Source: Acidobacteriota bacterium (lineage in GTDB: Bacteria; Acidobacteriota; Thermoanaerobaculia; Multivoradales; UBA5704). From it: 36,641 bases of DNA. This document shows, piece by piece, positions 32,309 to 36,641 of this stretch (the stretch's first letter is position 1; each line of letters starts with the position of its first letter). A program made the position numbers and the translations under genes. The DNA is taken from NCBI GenBank assembly GCA_040005235.1, contig JBDTZG010000053.1:1-36641 (forward strand), read 5' to 3'. The notes under the pieces were generated by a model that was not told the DNA's origin, ran no database searches, and worked only from the letters and a program-made list of their open reading frames with translations.

Positions 32309-33154
32309 CTACGCCCCGTCCAGCAGCCGCACGATCGCCTCGCGGATCAGATCCGGCCGCTCCACCGGAATCTCGTGTCCCTGGCTCGGCACCCGGACCA
32401 CATGAACGGACGCCCGCGTCAGCATGCGCTCGGCGAAATCGGCGTTCTCGGGCGACACCAGGGCGTCGCCGTCGCCCTGGATCACCTCGACCGGTATGCG
32501 AATCTTGCCCCAAAGCGGCACCATCTTCTTGAGCTCGGACTTGAGCGGCCGGATCTCGGCATCGGCCGAGACGAACCGCTTCGGCACGATCGAACGGATG
32601 ATCGGCAAACGAACAACCTTCTGATACCAGGTGGTTTTCTCCCGCGCCGGATCGAAGGCGCCCGCGACCAGCACCAAGCCCCGCACGGAGCCCGGAGCGT
32701 CCATCGCCAACCGCGCTGCGAGCGGCCCGCCAAGCGAATGGCCGGCGACGATCGCCTTCTTGCCCGGAACGGCCTGATCGAGCACCCCTTTGAGCATCGC
32801 GGCCTGGCGCGCGAGCGAAGTGACCAGCCAACCCGCGCCCGATTTGCCGAAGCCCGGCCGATCGATGGCGATCAGATGAACGCGCTCGACCAGCCGCGGG
32901 TCGGTCATCAGGTCGGCCGCGCCGCTCCACGACCCGGGCGAGCCGTGGATGTAGAGCACGGGCGGACCCTCCGGCGGGCCGATCTCCGCGGTGAAGATCT
33001 CCCGCCCATGCACCGAGTAGGTGTGGAACCGCGGCGGCGTCCGGCCGACGAACGCATCGGTTTGATCCGGCGACTTGAGCGAGATGCAGCCGGACAGGCT
33101 CAACACGGCAAGAACTGCGGAGAACAGGAAGAGTTTTCGCGGGCGTCGGGTCAT
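32309..33154 (-). CDS. Alpha/beta fold hydrolase, lipoprotein (copy 2)
   Basis: Paralogue of copy 1. Start at MTRRPRKLFL (33154) by alignment to copy 1; lipobox LSGC; GHSLGG, QGDGDALV, GHE. Confidence 0.9.
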   Translation of the reverse strand: MTRRPRKLFLFSAVLAVLSLSGCISLKSPDQTDAFVGRTPPRFHTYSVHGREIFTAEIGPPEGPPVLYIHGSPGSWSGAADLMTDPRLVERVHLIAIDRPGFGKSGAGWLVTSLARQAAMLKGVLDQAVPGKKAIVAGHSLGGPLAARLAMDAPGSVRGLVLVAGAFDPAREKTTWYQKVVRLPIIRSIVPKRFVSADAEIRPLKSELKKMVPLWGKIRIPVEVIQGDGDALVSPENADFAERMLTRASVHVVRVPSQGHEIPVERPDLIREAIVRLLDGA

Positions 33155-33251
33155 GGCGGCGTCTCTCGATCGAGTCCGGGCTGCTCTCGTGCAAAGCGTG
33201 GACCGCGCGAAGCCCGGGGAGGCCAACGCCTGCGGATAAACTATTTGCGCC

Positions 33252-34739
33252 ATGCCGCGCCGCACCCACCTCGCGCTCTTCCTGCTGATTGTCGGCTGTG
33301 CCTCCGCGCGGGCGCCCGCTTCTTCTTCTCGCGCACCGTCCGCCGCCGTACGAAGCGAAGCCGCGCTTGCGGCGCGGGTGGCGGCGGAGGGGCTGTCGTT
33401 CGACGAGACCGAACGGCTCGCCGTCGCCTGGGGCCTCGTGCCGCGGTCGAGCGCGGGGCGCCATCTCGACCGGGCGGCGCCGGGTGCTCTGCGGTTCGAC
33501 GACGACTGGACGCGGGAGATCGCGGCGTCGGTCTATTCGCTGCCGTCGAGCTTTTTCTCGGCGGCGCAGGCCAAGGCGTTCCTGGCCGGGGTCCACGCCC
33601 TGGCGCCGAAGCGGGAGATTCTGGTGCTCGCCGATCCGACGATGCGCCAGGATCTCGGGGGGCTTCCAGGGGTGCGCACCTTGAGAATATTGCCGACCTT
33701 CGGCCGCGACTACTCCCCCTGGCCGCGCGATCCTTTGAGCCTGACCCGCCGCGCGGACGGCGGTCTCGCCGTGCTGATTCGCCCCAACCTGCAACGCGGC
33801 CGGGAGGAGGACGCCACCCTCGGCCGGGCTTTGATCCAGACCCTCCCCACGGATCTCGACCGCCGCTTCAAGCAGCCGGTATGGACCGTGGCGGGCGGGC
33901 CGTTCCATAACGGGCAAGCCCTGATCGCCCCGAAGGCGGTCTGGATCTCGATCCATACGCTCGAACCGCGCATCCTCGAAATCCTCGGGGTATCTCGGAT
34001 TCCGGTTGAGACCTTCGGCACCGCCGCCGGAATCGATCGCTACCTCGCCGCTGCGCACCGGGCTGCCGACGAGCTGGGCGTTCTCTACGGCCGGCCGATG
34101 CGTTTCGTTCATCCGCTGCCCGACCGCGGCGAGCTGGCCGCGCGGGTCGATCTGTTGCGCGCGCTCGGCGGCGGCGCGGGGACCGATCTCGATTCGATCG
34201 TGACGCTCATTCCCCGCCGGGCCGGGGCGGCCGGCGCCCCGCCGGTCGCCTTCGTGGCCGACATCGCGGCAGGCACCGCGCTGCTCGGCCGGCTCTCCCC
34301 CACCGATCTTGCCGCGGCGAAAGCGGCGTACGGCTTTTCGCCCAGCGTCGACCTTGCCACCGTCTTCAAATCGGGGCTCGAAACTCCCACCGCGCGCGGC
34401 CTCGCGGCGTTTCTCGACGCGATCGCCCTCCACCTCGCCGCCGAGAAGATGGAGGTCCGCCGCCTCCCCCTCCTGTTCGCCCCCTTCGCCGCCCTCGCCC
34501 GGGCGGACGAGCTGCCGGAGGGGGGGAACTTCCTGATCGGCTGGAACAACGCGGTGCTCGAAACCCGCGGCGGCACGCTCCGCGCCGAGGCGTTCGCCAG
34601 CGGCCTGCCCATGGCCGACCGAGAAGCGATCGCCGCCTATTCCGCGGCCGGCGCCCGACTCACCCTGCTGCCGACGTTGCCGATGAGCGTGATCCGCGGC
34701 GGCGGCTACCGCTGCGCTTCGAACCACGTGAGGAGGTAG
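33252..34739 (+). CDS. Pentein (agmatine/peptidyl-arginine deiminase, amidinotransferase-like) fold lipoprotein
   Basis: Lipobox LIVGC; WPRDP motif; DLDS; WNN; C-terminal GGGYRCAS. Confidence 0.7.
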   Translation: MPRRTHLALFLLIVGCASARAPASSSRAPSAAVRSEAALAARVAAEGLSFDETERLAVAWGLVPRSSAGRHLDRAAPGALRFDDDWTREIAASVYSLPSSFFSAAQAKAFLAGVHALAPKREILVLADPTMRQDLGGLPGVRTLRILPTFGRDYSPWPRDPLSLTRRADGGLAVLIRPNLQRGREEDATLGRALIQTLPTDLDRRFKQPVWTVAGGPFHNGQALIAPKAVWISIHTLEPRILEILGVSRIPVETFGTAAGIDRYLAAAHRAADELGVLYGRPMRFVHPLPDRGELAARVDLLRALGGGAGTDLDSIVTLIPRRAGAAGAPPVAFVADIAAGTALLGRLSPTDLAAAKAAYGFSPSVDLATVFKSGLETPTARGLAAFLDAIALHLAAEKMEVRRLPLLFAPFAALARADELPEGGNFLIGWNNAVLETRGGTLRAEAFASGLPMADREAIAAYSAAGARLTLLPTLPMSVIRGGGYRCASNHVRR

Positions 34740-34802
34740 CTCGCGCCCGTCCCGCTCCCGGACCGCTCACGGCAGCCGGAGCCGCAGCCCGTCCCAGACG
34801 CC

Positions 34803-34831
34803 TTGACGCGTCCTGCCGCCGGCCGTAGAAA
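34803..34831 (+). promoter_or_regulatory. Candidate sigma70 promoter
   Basis: TTGACG-N17-TAGAAA upstream of the last gene. Confidence 0.35.
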
Positions 34832-34939
34832 TCGAGGAAAAGCAAGAGAGCCAGACGAAACGGAGGTCTCGTGGCGAAACCAGGAAGCGCGCGGGTTCGA
34901 GGAGAGCGGAGCCCGGGAGATCGCACGCAGGGCGCAACG

Positions 34940-36641
34940 ATGACAAAGGCCGCGGGGATCGTGGTCGCCGCCGGTTTCCTTTTGGGCGCCGCCGCGGACG
35001 ACGGTCGCATTTGGCGCCCGGCCGGACCCTTCGGCGGAGAGATCGTCTTCGTCCAAGCCGCGAGCGAGCCCGGGCGTCTCTACGGTGGGACTTTCGGCGG
35101 GCAGGGCTTCGGCAGCCGGGACGGCGGGCACGGGTGGACCCCTTTGCCCGGGATCACCCCGTTCTCAGGTCTTTCGGCCGATCTGACGATCCCTCTCGCC
35201 GTTGCGCCCAACGACGCGGAGACCGTCTACTTCCGATTCCACCGGGGTGCCACCGAGCGTCTCTTGCGGAGCCTCGACGGCGGGAGCCACTTCGCACCGA
35301 TCGATACCGGGCTCGATCTATCGCCTCATTTTTCCTACGGCCTGGCGATCGATCCCGACAACGCGGCGCACCTTCTGCTCGCCACGAGCCACGGCCTGTT
35401 CGGAAGCGAGAACCGCGGGGATTCCTGGCGAAAGGCGGCCTTTGACGGAAGCTTCGTTCCCTCGGTTGCCTTCGATCCCCGTCGGCCGAGCAACGCGGCC
35501 GCGACCGTCGGGGACAGCGGGGGCGTCGCCATTTGGCGGAGCACCGATTCCGGCGCCACCTGGATTCGCACCGCGAGCCCGCCCCGTTGGACCTTGCTCA
35601 GCCGGGTGGTGTGGAGTCGGAGCACGGAGGGAACCTTCTTCTTCGCCGCGAACGGCCGCCCCTTCGTCACCCACGATCTCGGCGCGAGCTTCACCGTCCT
35701 CCCCATCGGACGGCGCGACGTACGAGATCTCGCGGAGCTGGGCGACGGCACCCTCCTCGCGGCCACCACGTCCGGCATCTTCCGGAGTGGCGATGGCGGC
35801 CTCTCCTGGTCGCTCTCGGGGCCGGAAGGGGGCGACCCGGCGCGCTCGCGGGAGCCTGTCTTCCGCGTCGAAGCCACGACCGGAACGATCGACGGCGCCT
35901 ACGCCGCGGGCTCCTCCGGACTCTTCCGGTCGGAGGATTCCGGGCGGACCTGGAGCCCGGCGAGCCGTGGCATCCGGGCGCTCTCGGCCGTGGCGCTCGT
36001 AGGCGGCGCAGCGCCGTATGCAGCGTTTTATGGCGCGGGCATCTTCCGGCTCACCGAGAACGGTTGGCAAAGCGCCACCGGCCCGATCGTGCACCTCGGC
36101 GACGGCGAGCTCGCGGTCGACGACGTCCGTCTGATCGCCGTCGATCCCGCCGATCCGCGGAACCTCCTGGCGAATCTCGGCGACGCCCTCGGCGGCAGCC
36201 GCGATGGCGGCAACAGCTGGCAGCTTCTCTTGCCCATGCCACCAGCGGGCTCGTTGAACTTCAATGCATACGCCGCCGTCTACGCGCCCAGCGATCCGCG
36301 CCGCGTCTACGTCGCGGGGATCACCTCGGTCGGCCTCGGTCATGGTCCCGAGCCCACCCTTTACCGGAGCCTGGACCGCGGCGTGACCTGGACCGAGGTC
36401 AACGCCTTCGATTCCCTGCTGGCCTTGGCCGTCGATCCGCGCAATCCCGACGTGCTCTTCGCCGCGGCCGAGAGCGGCTTCGCCGAGAGCCGCAACGGGG
36501 GGCGCCACTGGCGGCCGACCGGGCGCGGTCTTCCCGGCGCCTTCGAGAGCATTCCCGAGGCTCTCCGGATCGACCCCGCGAATCCGGATCGCCTTCTCCT
36601 CGCCAACGACCACCAGGTCTGGCAGAGCCTGGACGGCGGTG
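34940..36641 (+). CDS. BNR/Asp-box repeat beta-propeller protein (VPS10/YCF48-like); runs off the window edge
   Basis: Manual translation, not in the ORF track: MTKAAGIVVAAGFLLGAAA..WRPAGPFGG, with repeated SxDGGxxW boxes (SRDGGHGW, STDSGATW, SGDGGLSW, SEDSGRTW, SRDGGNSW, SLDRGVTW) and AxDPxxP. Alternative in-frame GTG at 34871 has a GGAGG RBS. Confidence 0.87.
   Translation, partial: MTKAAGIVVAAGFLLGAAADDGRIWRPAGPFGGEIVFVQAASEPGRLYGGTFGGQGFGSRDGGHGWTPLPGITPFSGLSADLTIPLAVAPNDAETVYFRFHRGATERLLRSLDGGSHFAPIDTGLDLSPHFSYGLAIDPDNAAHLLLATSHGLFGSENRGDSWRKAAFDGSFVPSVAFDPRRPSNAAATVGDSGGVAIWRSTDSGATWIRTASPPRWTLLSRVVWSRSTEGTFFFAANGRPFVTHDLGASFTVLPIGRRDVRDLAELGDGTLLAATTSGIFRSGDGGLSWSLSGPEGGDPARSREPVFRVEATTGTIDGAYAAGSSGLFRSEDSGRTWSPASRGIRALSAVALVGGAAPYAAFYGAGIFRLTENGWQSATGPIVHLGDGELAVDDVRLIAVDPADPRNLLANLGDALGGSRDGGNSWQLLLPMPPAGSLNFNAYAAVYAPSDPRRVYVAGITSVGLGHGPEPTLYRSLDRGVTWTEVNAFDSLLALAVDPRNPDVLFAAAESGFAESRNGGRHWRPTGRGLPGAFESIPEALRIDPANPDRLLLANDHQVWQSLDGG

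Noticed and set aside
31496-34727. ORFs 31496..33910 (+) and 32106..34727 (-)
   Set aside because: Shadow frames over the hydrolase and pentein genes; no motifs.

Overview
High-GC bacterial window, probably Acidobacteriota (inferred from the acidobacterial-type VWA proteins, Oar-like TonB receptors and sulfatase-TPR fusions). The core is a divergent cell-envelope locus of about 27 kb. Leftward: two tandem 1011-aa Oar-like TonB-dependent receptors, each with a sigma54-type promoter and its own terminator, then a carboxypeptidase-regulatory-like/TPR protein, two sulfatase-fold TPR proteins with a TLPSH motif instead of CxPxR, and a TPR protein. Rightward: a transglutaminase-like TPR lipoprotein, a DUF3179 CxxC protein, four VWA paralogues and an RlmI-like methyltransferase. 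The left flank holds a partial beta-propeller lipoprotein gene, an orphan Cys/Thr-rich lanthipeptide-like precursor, an epimerase, a thioesterase, a zinc-ribbon protein, an orphan exbD, and an unexplained array of at least 11 palindromic 13-mers (GATAGCSGCTATC) at 20-21 bp period. The right flank holds a DUF433 antitoxin with an internally deleted PIN toxin, two alpha/beta hydrolase paralogues, an atypical pentein-fold lipoprotein and a partial Asp-box propeller gene. No rRNA, tRNA, CRISPR or IS element was recognised. All family calls come from motifs read by eye, not from database searches.
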